Shown: positions 34,793 through 45,093, counted from the first letter of the stretch. The stretch is DNA of 64,000 bases from Elusimicrobiota bacterium (GCA_026388095.1 JAPLKL010000041.1:36016-100015), one strand, 5' to 3'. The notes: generated by a model from the sequence alone, not told the origin. A program made the numbers and translations.

Positions 34793-36361
34793 ATGCCAAC
34801 GACGACGACCTTGAATCAGGTCGACCCTGGCCCTGACGATCGGGTCCCCCTCGGACCTCGCCGCCTCATGCTCGCGCTGGTCCTGGCCGCCGGAGCCCTC
34901 GCCTGGGGCCTGATGATCCTGCATCGCGGCTACACCTATGATGAGGTCCTGCGGACCCACTCGGTCTGGATGACGTCGCAAGGCCTGCGGCCGTACCACG
35001 ACTTCTTCGAGTGCCATCCGCCCTACTTCGCGCTTCTGGCCCCGCTGGCGCGGGGCCTCAAGGACCCCGCCGCGCTGCTCGTCGCGCTGAGGCTGGTCGC
35101 GCTGGCGGGAAATCTCCTGTTCCTCGCCGGCCTCGCGGCCGCGCTGGCCGGGCCCCCGGGGGTGCTCGCCGCGATCCTGGGGACGGCGCTGGTCGCCTTC
35201 CACCCCGCGGTGCTCGCATTCCTCGCAGAGTTCCGGATCGACGGATGGGGGTACGCGCTGGCCATCTGGAGCATCGTGTGGTTCCTGCGTTCGCGCCGAT
35301 CCTGGCGTGGCGCGGGGCTCGGCGCCGGGACCGGGATCGCGACCCTATTTCTCTGCCCAAAGGTCGCGCTGCTGCCGCCGCTGGTCCTCGCGTTCGAACG
35401 ACTCCGGGCGCGCAGCTCCTGGAGAGACGCGCTATGGGCTGGCGCGACGTACGGAATCGGCATCGCCGCCGCCGGAGGGCTCTTTTGGGTCTGGCTGGCG
35501 GCGAACAGGCTCGGCGCCGGCCAGGTCTTCGCCCTTCTCGTAAGCTACAACTCGCTGAGCAACTTCCATTCGTCCTACGGCCACGGGCTGTGGCGGGAGA
35601 TAGGGGGGTGGCCGACGCTGGGCGTGCCGATCCTGGCCGCCGCCGCGGCCGGCGCGGTCAGCTGCATCCGCGCCAGGACGCTGCCCGCCGCCTATCCGGC
35701 GGCTCTGGCTCTTTGGCTCGCCGCGCAAGCCGCGCTGGTCTCCTTCCCCCACGCGCAGTACTACGGGCCATGGTTCCTCTTCGCCTCGGGCCTCTTCCCC
35801 TTCCTCTATCCTTGGCTGAAGACCTTCCCGGGACGCGCGGCAGCCAGGATGTTCTTCGGGGTGTGCGCTCTGTCGGTAGCGGTGTCCCTCGTCAACGCGC
35901 CCTGGATGGACTCGCGTGAGTCTCGGGATGACGGGGCCATCCGCCGGACCATCAACGAGGTCACGGACCCAGACGACTATATCGTGGCGATGCCGCCATT
36001 CCATCCCATCGACCGCCGTGACACGTTCTTTGCATGGTTCGACACTTTCGACCCGGCCGGGCACGAGACCGAGGAGATCCTGCAAGGGCTGCCGCTGGTC
36101 CGCGGCCTGGTGTCCGAGCAACGGTACCGTGATGAACTGCAGGCGCATCCTCCCGCGCTCGTCGTCCTTTGGTCCGACTCCGCAGGCCGCAAGTATCCTC
36201 GCCGCCAGCAAGCGTTGCTCGAGCAGTTCCTTCAGGAACGCAGATATGTCGTCTTCGAGATCGGCGACGTGCCGGTCGCGGTGCGTCCGGACCGTTTCGA
36301 GCGCTTAGCCCGCCTGCGCCCGCAACTGCTGTATTTGGGCAATTTCCGGCCCCGCGGTTAG
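34793..36361 (+). CDS. Multi-TM membrane protein, GT-C/ArnT-like
   Basis: YDE..H..W....G.RPYHDFFECHPP loop, EFRIDG, many TMs; start could be 34778. Confidence 0.7.
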   Translation: MPTTTTLNQVDPGPDDRVPLGPRRLMLALVLAAGALAWGLMILHRGYTYDEVLRTHSVWMTSQGLRPYHDFFECHPPYFALLAPLARGLKDPAALLVALRLVALAGNLLFLAGLAAALAGPPGVLAAILGTALVAFHPAVLAFLAEFRIDGWGYALAIWSIVWFLRSRRSWRGAGLGAGTGIATLFLCPKVALLPPLVLAFERLRARSSWRDALWAGATYGIGIAAAGGLFWVWLAANRLGAGQVFALLVSYNSLSNFHSSYGHGLWREIGGWPTLGVPILAAAAAGAVSCIRARTLPAAYPAALALWLAAQAALVSFPHAQYYGPWFLFASGLFPFLYPWLKTFPGRAAARMFFGVCALSVAVSLVNAPWMDSRESRDDGAIRRTINEVTDPDDYIVAMPPFHPIDRRDTFFAWFDTFDPAGHETEEILQGLPLVRGLVSEQRYRDELQAHPPALVVLWSDSAGRKYPRRQQALLEQFLQERRYVVFEIGDVPVAVRPDRFERLARLRPQLLYLGNFRPRG

Positions 36362-37347
36362 CCGCCCCAATTCTCGAAGCCGAGCCCAGGGTCGCAGCGC
36401 AAAGACCGGCCCACGCGGCGTCTGCGCAGCCGGTGGCTGGCCGCCTGGGCGAGCATGGCCCCGTTATCCGTGCACAGGATCGGCGGCGGGATGCTCACGC
36501 GCAGGCCGCGGCTTGCGGCCGCCTCTGCGAAAGCCTCGCGCAGCCGGGCGTTGGCCGCGACCCCGCCTCCCACCACCACCTGCTTGACCCGGTGGCTCAG
36601 CGCGGCGGCGACGGTCTTCCTGACCAAGGTCTCCACCACAGCCTCCTGGAAGGAGGCGCACAGGTCGGCGGTCTCCTTGCGCGTGGGCTTGCGCTCGAGG
36701 TCCCGCAGGTGGTAGAGCATGGCCGTCTTGATCCCAGCGAAGGAGAAATCCCAAGTCCCGGGCAGGAGCGGCCGGGCGAAAGCCACGGCTTGCGGGTCGC
36801 CTCGACGCGCCAGCCGGTCGATCGCGGGCCCGCCCGGGTAGCCCAGGCCCAGCATGCGCGCCACCTTGTCGTAAGCCTCTCCCGCGGCGTCGTCGCGCGT
36901 GCGGCCCAGGACGCGGTAGCGGCCCGGGGCCCGGCACAGGAGGAGGTCCGTGTGCCCGCCCGAGACGATGAGCGTGACCAGCGGGAAGCGGATCCGGCCG
37001 CTGAGCTCGGCCGCGAAGACATGCCCTTCGAGGTGGTTCACCGCCACGACCGGGCAGCCCAGGGTCTCAGCCGCGGCCAGAGCCGCCATCTTCCCGACCA
37101 AAAGCGGCCCCATGAGCCCCGGACCGCGGGCGAAGGCTACGGCATCCACCTTCCGCCCCGCCAAGGCGGTCTCCACCACCTCGCCGATGCGCTGCAGGTG
37201 CGCGCGCGCTGCCAGCTCCGGCACCACGCCGTGGAAGCGCCGGTGCAGGCGTATCTGGGACGAGACGACATTGGAGAGGATATGGCCGTCCTCGACCACG
37301 GCGGCGGCCGTCTCGTCGCAGGAGGTCTCGATGCCCAGGACTCTCAT
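36358..37347 (-). CDS. tsaD: tRNA N6-adenosine threonylcarbamoyltransferase TsaD
   Basis: VLGIETSCDETAAA, VNHLEGH, VSGGHT, DDAAGEAYDKVAR, CTDNGAM. Confidence 0.97.
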   Translation of the reverse strand: MRVLGIETSCDETAAAVVEDGHILSNVVSSQIRLHRRFHGVVPELAARAHLQRIGEVVETALAGRKVDAVAFARGPGLMGPLLVGKMAALAAAETLGCPVVAVNHLEGHVFAAELSGRIRFPLVTLIVSGGHTDLLLCRAPGRYRVLGRTRDDAAGEAYDKVARMLGLGYPGGPAIDRLARRGDPQAVAFARPLLPGTWDFSFAGIKTAMLYHLRDLERKPTRKETADLCASFQEAVVETLVRKTVAAALSHRVKQVVVGGGVAANARLREAFAEAAASRGLRVSIPPPILCTDNGAMLAQAASHRLRRRRVGRSLRCDPGLGFENWGG

Positions 37348-37355
37348 ATGAGTTC

Positions 37356-37421
37356 GGGGACACAATACTTAATTCCCGTCCTACTGCGCATAGGTATCCC
37401 TTGAATTAAGTATTGTGTCCC
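37356..37421. repeat. AT-rich 19-bp terminal inverted repeat element (MITE/REP-like)
   Basis: gggacacaatacttaattc ... gaattaagtattgtgtccc, perfect; a further arm copy at 56516-56535. Confidence 0.8.
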
Positions 37422-37427
37422 TCAATT

Positions 37428-38816
37428 CTATTTCTCCTTGCCTTTGAGACGCCCCAGCACATCCCCAGACTTGACGATGGCCGCGGCGCGGTCCAGGACC
37501 TCGTCGCGCACGGTCTCGTCCTTCTTGACCGCGGAACGAGGCTTCTTGCCCGGCTCGTAGATCATCTCCCACTGGGAGAAGATCTTCTCCTCCACGTCGC
37601 GGGCGACCGGGACCACGATGTCCGGCGTGATGCCGCCCGTCTTCTTCTTCTCGTCGCGGTGGATCGAGCGGCCGTTGGGCGTGTAGTAGCGCGCGATGGT
37701 CAGTCGCAAGCCGCAGTTGTTCGGCAGGGGGATGACGGACTGCACGCTCGCCTTGCCGTAGGTGCGCTCACCCATGAGCAGGGCGCGGCGATGGTCCTGC
37801 AGGGCTCCGGCGATGATCTCGGAGCCGGAAGCGGAGGCTTCGTTGACCAGGACCACCAAAGGCAGGTCCTGGTACGGCGCCTGGGTCCCGCCGCGGAATT
37901 CCTGATGGCTGTCGGGACGCCGGCCCTGGGTGTAGACGATGAGCTTCCCGTCGCCCAGGAAACTCGCGGCCACATCCACCGCCGAGGCCAGCAGCCCCCC
38001 CGGATTGAAGCGCAGGTCCAGGATGAGGCCGGCGAGCCCATCCTTGGATAGGGCGCGCAGGGCGGCGCGGAAATCATCCGTGGTGCGGGCGCTGAACTCG
38101 GAGATGCGCACATAACCGACCTGGCCGTCGAGCTTGCGGTATTGGACGCTCTCGATCTTGATGTTCTCGCGAGTGAGCCAGAACTCCTTCTCGACCCCGT
38201 CCTCATCGGAGGGCGCCTGGACGACCGTCCCGGAACTGGCCTTGGTCCCGGAGCCGGCGGCGGACTCGGGCCAGCGCATGACGGTGAGCTTGACCTTGGA
38301 GCCCGGCGCGCCGCGCAATTTCTCCATGGCGTCGGCCACTTGGAGCTCCTTGGTGCTCTCGCCGTCGATCTCGATGATGCGGTCGTTGGGCAGGATGCCC
38401 GCGCGGAAGGCCGGGGTGCCGGGCAGAGGAGTCAGAACGGCGAGCCAGTCATCCTTCACGATCATGCGGATGCCGATTCCGCCGAAGGCGCCTTCGGTCT
38501 CCGCCTTGATCTCGCGATGCGCCTGCGGCTCCATGAATTGGGAGAATGGGTCGAGCGCGCGGACCATGCCCGCGGCCGCGCCGTAGACGAGCTTCTGAGT
38601 GTCGGTCGGGTCGACGTAGTTCTCCTGGATGTAGTTGATGACGTCTACAAGGAAGGAGAGTTGCTCGTAGGTCTTGTCGTCGCCCTCCGGGCGGGCCGGG
38701 GCAGAGGCTTTCTTGGGGTCGGCGGCGACCGCCGGCCCGGCCGGGCCCCCCCAGGCCGACGCTCCGAGAGCAGCCAACGACAGGCCGATGAGAGCCAGAC
38801 GCAGAGTGATCCTCAT
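37428..38816 (-). CDS. ctpA: Carboxyl-terminal processing protease (S41, PDZ)
   Basis: LDPFS, FGGIGI, LDLRFNPGGLL, SASGSEI, GERTYGKASVQ, GITPDI. Confidence 0.95.
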   Translation of the reverse strand: MRITLRLALIGLSLAALGASAWGGPAGPAVAADPKKASAPARPEGDDKTYEQLSFLVDVINYIQENYVDPTDTQKLVYGAAAGMVRALDPFSQFMEPQAHREIKAETEGAFGGIGIRMIVKDDWLAVLTPLPGTPAFRAGILPNDRIIEIDGESTKELQVADAMEKLRGAPGSKVKLTVMRWPESAAGSGTKASSGTVVQAPSDEDGVEKEFWLTRENIKIESVQYRKLDGQVGYVRISEFSARTTDDFRAALRALSKDGLAGLILDLRFNPGGLLASAVDVAASFLGDGKLIVYTQGRRPDSHQEFRGGTQAPYQDLPLVVLVNEASASGSEIIAGALQDHRRALLMGERTYGKASVQSVIPLPNNCGLRLTIARYYTPNGRSIHRDEKKKTGGITPDIVVPVARDVEEKIFSQWEMIYEPGKKPRSAVKKDETVRDEVLDRAAAIVKSGDVLGRLKGKEK

Positions 38817-38826
38817 GAGCGATCTC

Positions 38827-39960
38827 CTATGATTTCTTCTGGAGCCAGGACATGGGGTCCAGGGCCTCGGTCCCGCGACGCAGTTCCAGATAGACCACGC
38901 CCTTGCCCGCCTCCCCGCCGGCCGTGCCGACGGCCTCGCCGACTTCGACCGGCGCGCCCTTGGCTTTCTGGATGTCGCCCAGTTCGCCGTAGATGCTGAA
39001 GAACCCGCCGCCATGGTCGACGATGACCACTTTGCCGTAGGACCGGAAGGGCCCGGAGTAGATCACCCGGCCGGCTCCGACCGCGCCCACGGGGGCCCCG
39101 GGCTTCGTCGCGAAGGTGACTCCCTGGCGGATGACCCAGGTGTTGAGTTCCGCATTGCGCTGCCGGCCGAAAGGCCGCGCCACGGTGCCGTCCACCGGCC
39201 AGGGCAGGGAATTGCGGGGCAGCTCCAGGCGGGTGGGGCCCTGCCGGTCATAGCGCTTGGCCGCGCCGAGGCGGGAGAGCAGCTCGGTCAGGGCGCGCTT
39301 GGTCTCCTCGAGCTCCCGGGCGCGCTTCTCGGCCGCCTGCACCTGGCCCCGAGCCGCGGCCACGGCCGCCTGCTTGCGTCCGTACTCCTCCCGGACTTGA
39401 GCGGCCTCCGCCTCGGCCCGGCGGCTACGGCCCCGGAGCTCCACCGCCGAGTGCCGCGCGGCTTCGACGGCGGCCTCGGTCTTGTGGCGGTAGCCCAGGA
39501 GACTGGAGACGATGCGGGCCTTGTCCAGGAGCACCGCGCGACGGAAGGCCTCGGCCCACAGGTCCGCGCCCCCCCAGGCCTCCTCACGGGCGGCCAAGGC
39601 CACGACGTAAGCGCGCAGCTCGCGGTCTCGCGCCGCCGTCCAGAATCCCGAAGCGAGGTTCAGGGCGCCGAGGTGCGATCTGAGCCCCACCCGCCTCTGC
39701 TCGGCTTCGTGGATGTTCCTCCGGATGCCGCCGATGCGGCGGCGGGTGTCCGCGTCGTGGCTCTCCAGCTTATGCAGGTCGCGGTTGAGCGCAGATTCCT
39801 GGCGGCGATACTCATCCAGGTCGGATTTCACCTTCTCATACTCCTTCTGGATGCGGATGAGGTCCCGACGCTTCTCTTCCAGCTGGCCCGACGCGACGCC
39901 CGGGAAAGTCCAGAGCAAGGCCGCGGCCAGGCCCAGGCGCGCCAGAACGATGCGGTCCAT
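38827..39960 (-). CDS. envC: EnvC-like murein hydrolase activator (coiled coil plus degenerate M23)
   Basis: Signal peptide, coiled coil, LPWPVDG, YGKVVIVDHG, YLELR; zinc ligands missing. Confidence 0.85.
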   Translation of the reverse strand: MDRIVLARLGLAAALLWTFPGVASGQLEEKRRDLIRIQKEYEKVKSDLDEYRRQESALNRDLHKLESHDADTRRRIGGIRRNIHEAEQRRVGLRSHLGALNLASGFWTAARDRELRAYVVALAAREEAWGGADLWAEAFRRAVLLDKARIVSSLLGYRHKTEAAVEAARHSAVELRGRSRRAEAEAAQVREEYGRKQAAVAAARGQVQAAEKRARELEETKRALTELLSRLGAAKRYDRQGPTRLELPRNSLPWPVDGTVARPFGRQRNAELNTWVIRQGVTFATKPGAPVGAVGAGRVIYSGPFRSYGKVVIVDHGGGFFSIYGELGDIQKAKGAPVEVGEAVGTAGGEAGKGVVYLELRRGTEALDPMSWLQKKS

Positions 39961-39968
39961 GAGCTCGT

Positions 39969-40700
39969 CTAGGGTGGGGAGAAAAGCCCGGCCGCCAGCG
40001 CGGCCGCGGCCCATACGGCGAACTGGGATCCGGCTGCCGGCATCTCCCACCAGGGCAGGTACTGGCGCGCGGGCCAGGCCGCAGCCAGGGCCAAGGCCAA
40101 GCCGACCGCAGCCCCGACTCCGGCCGGAGCCACGGCCGCCGCCGGCCGAGCAGCACCGGGCCAACGCGCCCACCAGAGGACCGCGGCCAGGGCCGCGCAG
40201 GCCAGGCAGAGCAAAGAACTCAAGATGAGGCTCAGGTAATGGCCGTAGAGCTGGGCCTGCAGGATGGCGCGGACTTGGCCCGACCGGTAGCGCAGATCCG
40301 CCCAGTCGGCGACGCCGCGGACGCTCGCCAGCCATTCCTCGAACCGCCCCAAGGCCGCGGGGGCGGGACGCACCTCGAAAGCGGGGCGCAGGGGATTGTC
40401 CCCCATCCAGGTGACGGAGTCCACCAATTCCGGGTCATCCCGGCGCAGGTCCGCCAGAGCGGCGTCGCGGGAGACGAAGCGCGCCTCGCTGACCTCGGAC
40501 AGGCCCAGGAGCTTGTCCTCCAGGATCTTCGCCTGGCTCTCCGGCAAGTCATTCTTAAGGAACATCAAGACCCGGAAATCCTCCCGCAAAAGGTTCTCGA
40601 ATCGGAAGACCTGAGTGCGCACCAGGAGCAGGCTCTCGCCGGCCAGGCCGGCCATGGCCGCGAGGGCGAAGGTCAAAGACCGGCGCAGGGCGGGGTTCAT
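39969..40700 (-). CDS. ftsX: FtsX-like cell-division permease
   Basis: FVSRDAALADL...DNPLRPAFEV extracellular domain; lies directly before envC-ctpA. Confidence 0.7.
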   Translation of the reverse strand: MNPALRRSLTFALAAMAGLAGESLLLVRTQVFRFENLLREDFRVLMFLKNDLPESQAKILEDKLLGLSEVSEARFVSRDAALADLRRDDPELVDSVTWMGDNPLRPAFEVRPAPAALGRFEEWLASVRGVADWADLRYRSGQVRAILQAQLYGHYLSLILSSLLCLACAALAAVLWWARWPGAARPAAAVAPAGVGAAVGLALALAAAWPARQYLPWWEMPAAGSQFAVWAAAALAAGLFSPP

Positions 40701-40723
40701 GCAGGAGAAGTATAGTAAAACCG

Positions 40724-41998
40724 TCAGCGGTAAGGCACGAAGACGCGGACCGCGGCGGCCACGCGCGAGCCGACCCAAGGCAGAAGCATGAGCAAAGTCA
40801 GGACCAGCAGCATCGGGTATTGGCCCGCAACGAAAGCCAGGAAGCCGCGCAGCTCGCCCGCGACCCGGCGCTTGGGGTGCTGCGGCGCCGGCGGCGCGGG
40901 CGGGGCCGGCATCATCTTGACCACGTCGCGAAGCGCCATGACCCGCGGCAGGACGCTGATGGGGACCGAGGCCTCGACTACGAGCACGGTCTCGGCGGTC
41001 CCGGGGACCGTCTGGGTGCCGATCGTCCGCCGCACGCGCAGGCCTGGCGTGGCGGGATTGCGCTCCAGGTCGGCTACGACCTCGGCCAAGCTGCGGCCCG
41101 GAGGCACGCGCACGCCCATGAGCATGTCCGTGGCCGTTTGCGGAGCCGGCTGGCGCGCCGCGGGATTGATCTGCAGGCGCGCGACGGTCGGGACCTGCAA
41201 GGCCGCGCCAACGCGGTTGGAAGGAAGCCAGCCCCACAGGGAGATCTGGTCCGGCCCCGCGCCGACCGCGGCGGGCTCGAAGCGGGGATCCTGCCGGAAT
41301 CCCGCCAGGCGGGAGAGGTCCGCGACCGCGTCCTTCAGGGTCGCGTCCGGATGCTTCTTCAGATCGATGTTCAAGGTGACGAACACCTCGGGAGCCTTGC
41401 CGGCCGTAAGGATATCCGTCCGGCCGGCAACTGCGGGACCTGCCGCGACCGCCCCTTGTGCGCGCAGCTGCGCAGGGGGAGCGCCGGCATCTTTCTGACC
41501 GAGGATGTGGGACTCATAGTCCCTGCGTCCCAAGGTGGCCGCTTGGTCTTCGCTGACGCCGTTGATCTTCTGCGCGGAGAGCTCCATGGGCGCCGCCAGC
41601 CCTTCCCAAAGCGAATAGCGGCGCCGGTCGCCGTCCGCCGGGGCGGAAGACTCGGTGCCGGCCGCGTCGGTCCGCGGGCGAGTCACGGCCGGACGCGGGC
41701 GAGTCAGGGCGGGGTGTATCGGCAGAGGCTCCGAGGGACGACCATCGGGGACGGGGACGAGGTCATGATGCGGGAGGGGTCTCGGGACCGGTTGCGCAGT
41801 TGCGCCCGAGGCCCCGCTCTGCTGGGCCCCGGTCTCCATCGCGTCGCTGGCGTCAGGCGGCAGTTGGTTGTAGCCGCCGCCTTCGCCGACGAACTTGAGC
41901 TTGAAGGGCGAGCTTGCGGAAGGGCTCTTAGGCTGGGCGCAGAAGGCGGGGGCTGAAGCGAAACTGAAGATACTCGCCAATATGACAAGGATTCCCAT
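40724..41998 (-). CDS. Exported hypothetical protein with C-terminal TM
   Basis: Signal peptide, Pro-rich region, C-terminal hydrophobic helix. Confidence 0.65.
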   Translation of the reverse strand: MGILVILASIFSFASAPAFCAQPKSPSASSPFKLKFVGEGGGYNQLPPDASDAMETGAQQSGASGATAQPVPRPLPHHDLVPVPDGRPSEPLPIHPALTRPRPAVTRPRTDAAGTESSAPADGDRRRYSLWEGLAAPMELSAQKINGVSEDQAATLGRRDYESHILGQKDAGAPPAQLRAQGAVAAGPAVAGRTDILTAGKAPEVFVTLNIDLKKHPDATLKDAVADLSRLAGFRQDPRFEPAAVGAGPDQISLWGWLPSNRVGAALQVPTVARLQINPAARQPAPQTATDMLMGVRVPPGRSLAEVVADLERNPATPGLRVRRTIGTQTVPGTAETVLVVEASVPISVLPRVMALRDVVKMMPAPPAPPAPQHPKRRVAGELRGFLAFVAGQYPMLLVLTLLMLLPWVGSRVAAAVRVFVPYR

Positions 41999-42030
41999 AA
42001 GGCTTGCGCCTCGGCCGACAGCCTATCTTA

Positions 42031-43653
42031 TCACAGTTCCGGTTCTGGGTCAATAGTCCCAGAAGCCGTAGGCCTTTGGGCCCAGCTCTCCCATGCCGCA
42101 TGAGCGATCAGGGCGGCCCCGCCGACGACCAAGCCCGCGGCCAGAACAGCCGCGGTCTGTCCCAAGATCTGCCAAGGAGCGGCCTCGGGCCGGCCCAGCG
42201 CCGCGATGGTCCCGATCGGGAAGAGCAGGCTCAGCCAGAACCAGGGGCGGGGGTCGTCGACCCGGCAATGCGCGGCCTGCGTCCCCTTGGCGTCGAGTTG
42301 ACGCCCGACCAAGTAGAGAGCATGCATCAGCGCGGGCACCCCGACCAGGAACTCGCGCCAGCGCCAGGGCCACCACCAGAGGGACTCGGAAGCGTCCGCA
42401 GCCGCCTGCAGTTGCGGCCATAGCGACGTGCCCGCCAGCACGAGCCGCGGCCGGAACAGCAACGCCGCGCCCAACACCGCAGCCGCGCCCAACAGCAAGT
42501 CCAGGTAGGTCGGCGAGCGGGCCAGCCCCCGGCCCAGCGCCCGCGCCGAGAGCGGATACAAGGCGAATCCGCCGATGACCAGGGGCCAGGCCATGGTCGA
42601 GAAAGCCAGGCTCTCGGGAAGCGCCGCGGCGTCGCCGCCGGCGAGGAGCAATCCGACGATCAGCCCCACAGCGGCGGCCGCGGCCGCGGCGGTCACGACG
42701 CCCAGGACGATCTCGGCGACGGGCGAAGCGAGGGGCCGCCGCGCCTGCACCTGGCCGTGGAAGTGCTTGAAGCCCTTGACGCCGAAGCGCACCGCCGCGA
42801 TCGGGCCGAGGACGGCCAGGCCCCAAGCCAGGAGGTTGCGCCAGGGCGGCGACGAGCCGCGTCGCGAAGCCTCCAGTCCCGTAGCGTCCGAGCCGATGAG
42901 CCCGCGTTCGCGCAAGGGCCGCAGCGCGGCGCGCACACTCGCCAGGTTCTCTTCGGCGTCCGCGGCCGGGTCCAGCCGCAGCAGCAGGACCCGGCCGGGC
43001 TGGCTGTGGATGGCGCGCAGCAAGGTGGGCAGGGGCGCCGGCGCCGGGATGCTGCGCGGCGTACGCAGGGCGACGGGTCCCCGAGCCCCGCTGATCCAGG
43101 CTTGGCCGGAGGGGTCCAGATGGAAAGGGACGAGCTTGAGCGCCGCGGCGAGGGCAAGGTCTTCCGAGGCCACGCCGACCTTCAAGCCCGGGTCCGGCTC
43201 GCGGGTCAACTCGATGGAGCCATGGCCGCCGACCGTCGAGGTGCTGAACACCAGGTTCTGTCCGCGCAGCGTCTCGGCCACGCGGGCGAAGAGCTTGGGG
43301 TCGTTGACCCAGACCAGGTTCGCCTTGAGCGGCGCGTTGGCCGCGATGAGGCCGACGCCCTTCCACTTGGAGATCTCAGACCGGGAGAACACCAAGGCCT
43401 GGCCGGAATCGGCGAGCTCGCCCAAGGTCTGGGTCCGCAGGACCATGGCGCCCACCCCCATGGCCTGCGCCCGGGTCCAGAAGTCGGACAGCGCGGTCCC
43501 GGAGCCCGCGCACGCGGCCGCCGCCTCGCCGGCATCGAGGGCAGCCAGGGACCGGGGGGAGGGCTTCTCCACCGTGCCGGCGGCCCAGGCCAGCAGCAGG
43601 AATCCGGCGGCCGCGAGCCACGGCCTCGCGTTGGATCCGGAAGCGGCAGCCAT
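42031..43653 (-). CDS. DUF5693-like membrane protein
   Basis: Periplasmic N-terminal part, C-terminal TMs with RWREFLVGVP motif; ATG abuts the glgA stop. Confidence 0.55.
   Translation of the reverse strand: MAAASGSNARPWLAAAGFLLLAWAAGTVEKPSPRSLAALDAGEAAAACAGSGTALSDFWTRAQAMGVGAMVLRTQTLGELADSGQALVFSRSEISKWKGVGLIAANAPLKANLVWVNDPKLFARVAETLRGQNLVFSTSTVGGHGSIELTREPDPGLKVGVASEDLALAAALKLVPFHLDPSGQAWISGARGPVALRTPRSIPAPAPLPTLLRAIHSQPGRVLLLRLDPAADAEENLASVRAALRPLRERGLIGSDATGLEASRRGSSPPWRNLLAWGLAVLGPIAAVRFGVKGFKHFHGQVQARRPLASPVAEIVLGVVTAAAAAAAVGLIVGLLLAGGDAAALPESLAFSTMAWPLVIGGFALYPLSARALGRGLARSPTYLDLLLGAAAVLGAALLFRPRLVLAGTSLWPQLQAAADASESLWWWPWRWREFLVGVPALMHALYLVGRQLDAKGTQAAHCRVDDPRPWFWLSLLFPIGTIAALGRPEAAPWQILGQTAAVLAAGLVVGGAALIAHAAWESWAQRPTASGTIDPEPEL
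42046..42084. promoter_or_regulatory. Two palindromic GGGnC-N4-GnCCC boxes upstream of TGnTAAGAT -10
   Basis: TGGGTCAATAGTCCCA and TAGGCCTTTGGGCCCA; the second is identical to 55510-55525. Confidence 0.5.
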
Positions 43654-45086
43654 CACGGCGCCTCCGGCGCGCGGCGCTCCGCCGTGGCACGCTTGAAGAG
43701 ATCCAAGTAACTGCGCACGGAGCGGTTCCAGGAGAAGTCGCCGCTCATCCCCGCTTGCGTGAGCTCGGCCCAGGACGGGCCCGCGCAGGCGTCCAAGGCG
43801 CGGCCCAAGGCCCGGCCGAAGTCCCGCGCATCGCCCGGCTTGGCCGTGAAGCCGTTGAGTCCCTCGGTGACGGTGTCGCGCAGGCCGCCCGTGCGCGTGA
43901 CCACCGGCACGCAGCCGTAGCGCATGGCGATGAGCTGCCCCAGCCCGCAAGGTTCGAAGCGCGAAGGCATGAGCAGGATGTCCGCCGCGGCGTAGAGACG
44001 GTGCGCCAGATCCTCGTCGTAGCCGCAGCGAAAGCGGGCCGCGCCGCTGTGGCGGCGCGCCCAGCCGGCCACGGTCTTGACCAAGGAGGGCTCGCCCTCC
44101 CCCACGCCCACGAAGCGGCACCGCCGCAGACGCGGCGCCAGGGCTTGCAGGGCGATGTCCCAGCCTTTCTGGCGGTCGAGCCGGGCGACCATCCCCACGA
44201 GGGGGACGCCCGCCGCAGCCTTCAGGCCGCAATCGGCCAGGAACCAGTTCTTGCAGGCCGCCTTTCCCTTCCGGTCTCCCAGGGAATAGCGCTGGGCCAG
44301 GCAGGAGTCCCGCTCCGGATTCCAGCAGTCGAGGTCAAGGCCGTTGAGTATGCCGACCAGCCGGTCCCGGCGGCGGCGCAGCAGGCCCTGCAGGCCGTGG
44401 CCTCCGGACGGGGTCTGCAGCTCGCGGGCGTAGGTGGGGCTGACCGTGGTCAGCCAGTCCGCGTCGGCCAGACCGGCTTTGAGGAAGCTGTAGCCCTTCG
44501 CGGTCTTGGCTTTCCGGATGTCCGTCCTCGCGAAGCCAGCCTGGATGAAGCTCCGGGCCGGGAACACGCCTTGGTAGGCGATGTTGTGGATGGTGAGGAC
44601 CGTGGCGGCGGCGGAGAAGAAGGGGTCTTGGGCGTAGAGGGTCTTGAGGTAGGGGGCGATCAGGGCCGTCTGCCAATCGTGGAGGTGGATGACATCCGGC
44701 TTGAAGCCCATGGCTTTGGCGCCTTCGAGCACGGCCCGGCAGAACACGGCGTAGCGCAGGTCGTTGTCCGGGTGGTCGCGGCCGTCCACGCCGTAGAGGC
44801 CGTCGCGGTCGTACAGGGACGGAGAGTCGATGAACTGCACGGAGACCGAGCGCCACTGCATGAAGCGCAGCGCGACCGCCACGGAACTGGCGCCGAAGGG
44901 GACGTCCAGGGGATGAGACATGCCGCCCTGCAGCGCCGCGGACTCCACGACCCGGTACTTGGGCAGGAAGAGCACGACGTCGTGCCCGGCGGCGCCGAGC
45001 TTCTGGCTCAAGGCGCCGACCACGTCCGCCAGCCCGCCGGTCTTGCAGAAGGGGAAGGCCTCGCTGGCGGCCAGGAGTATCTTCAT
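43653..45086 (-). CDS. glgA: Glycogen synthase (GT5)
   Basis: KTGGLADV, IHLHDWQT, TIHNIAYQG, MPSRFEPCGLGQLIAMRYG. Confidence 0.96.
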   Translation of the reverse strand: MKILLAASEAFPFCKTGGLADVVGALSQKLGAAGHDVVLFLPKYRVVESAALQGGMSHPLDVPFGASSVAVALRFMQWRSVSVQFIDSPSLYDRDGLYGVDGRDHPDNDLRYAVFCRAVLEGAKAMGFKPDVIHLHDWQTALIAPYLKTLYAQDPFFSAAATVLTIHNIAYQGVFPARSFIQAGFARTDIRKAKTAKGYSFLKAGLADADWLTTVSPTYARELQTPSGGHGLQGLLRRRRDRLVGILNGLDLDCWNPERDSCLAQRYSLGDRKGKAACKNWFLADCGLKAAAGVPLVGMVARLDRQKGWDIALQALAPRLRRCRFVGVGEGEPSLVKTVAGWARRHSGAARFRCGYDEDLAHRLYAAADILLMPSRFEPCGLGQLIAMRYGCVPVVTRTGGLRDTVTEGLNGFTAKPGDARDFGRALGRALDACAGPSWAELTQAGMSGDFSWNRSVRSYLDLFKRATAERRAPEAP

Positions 45087-45093
45087 CCCAGGC

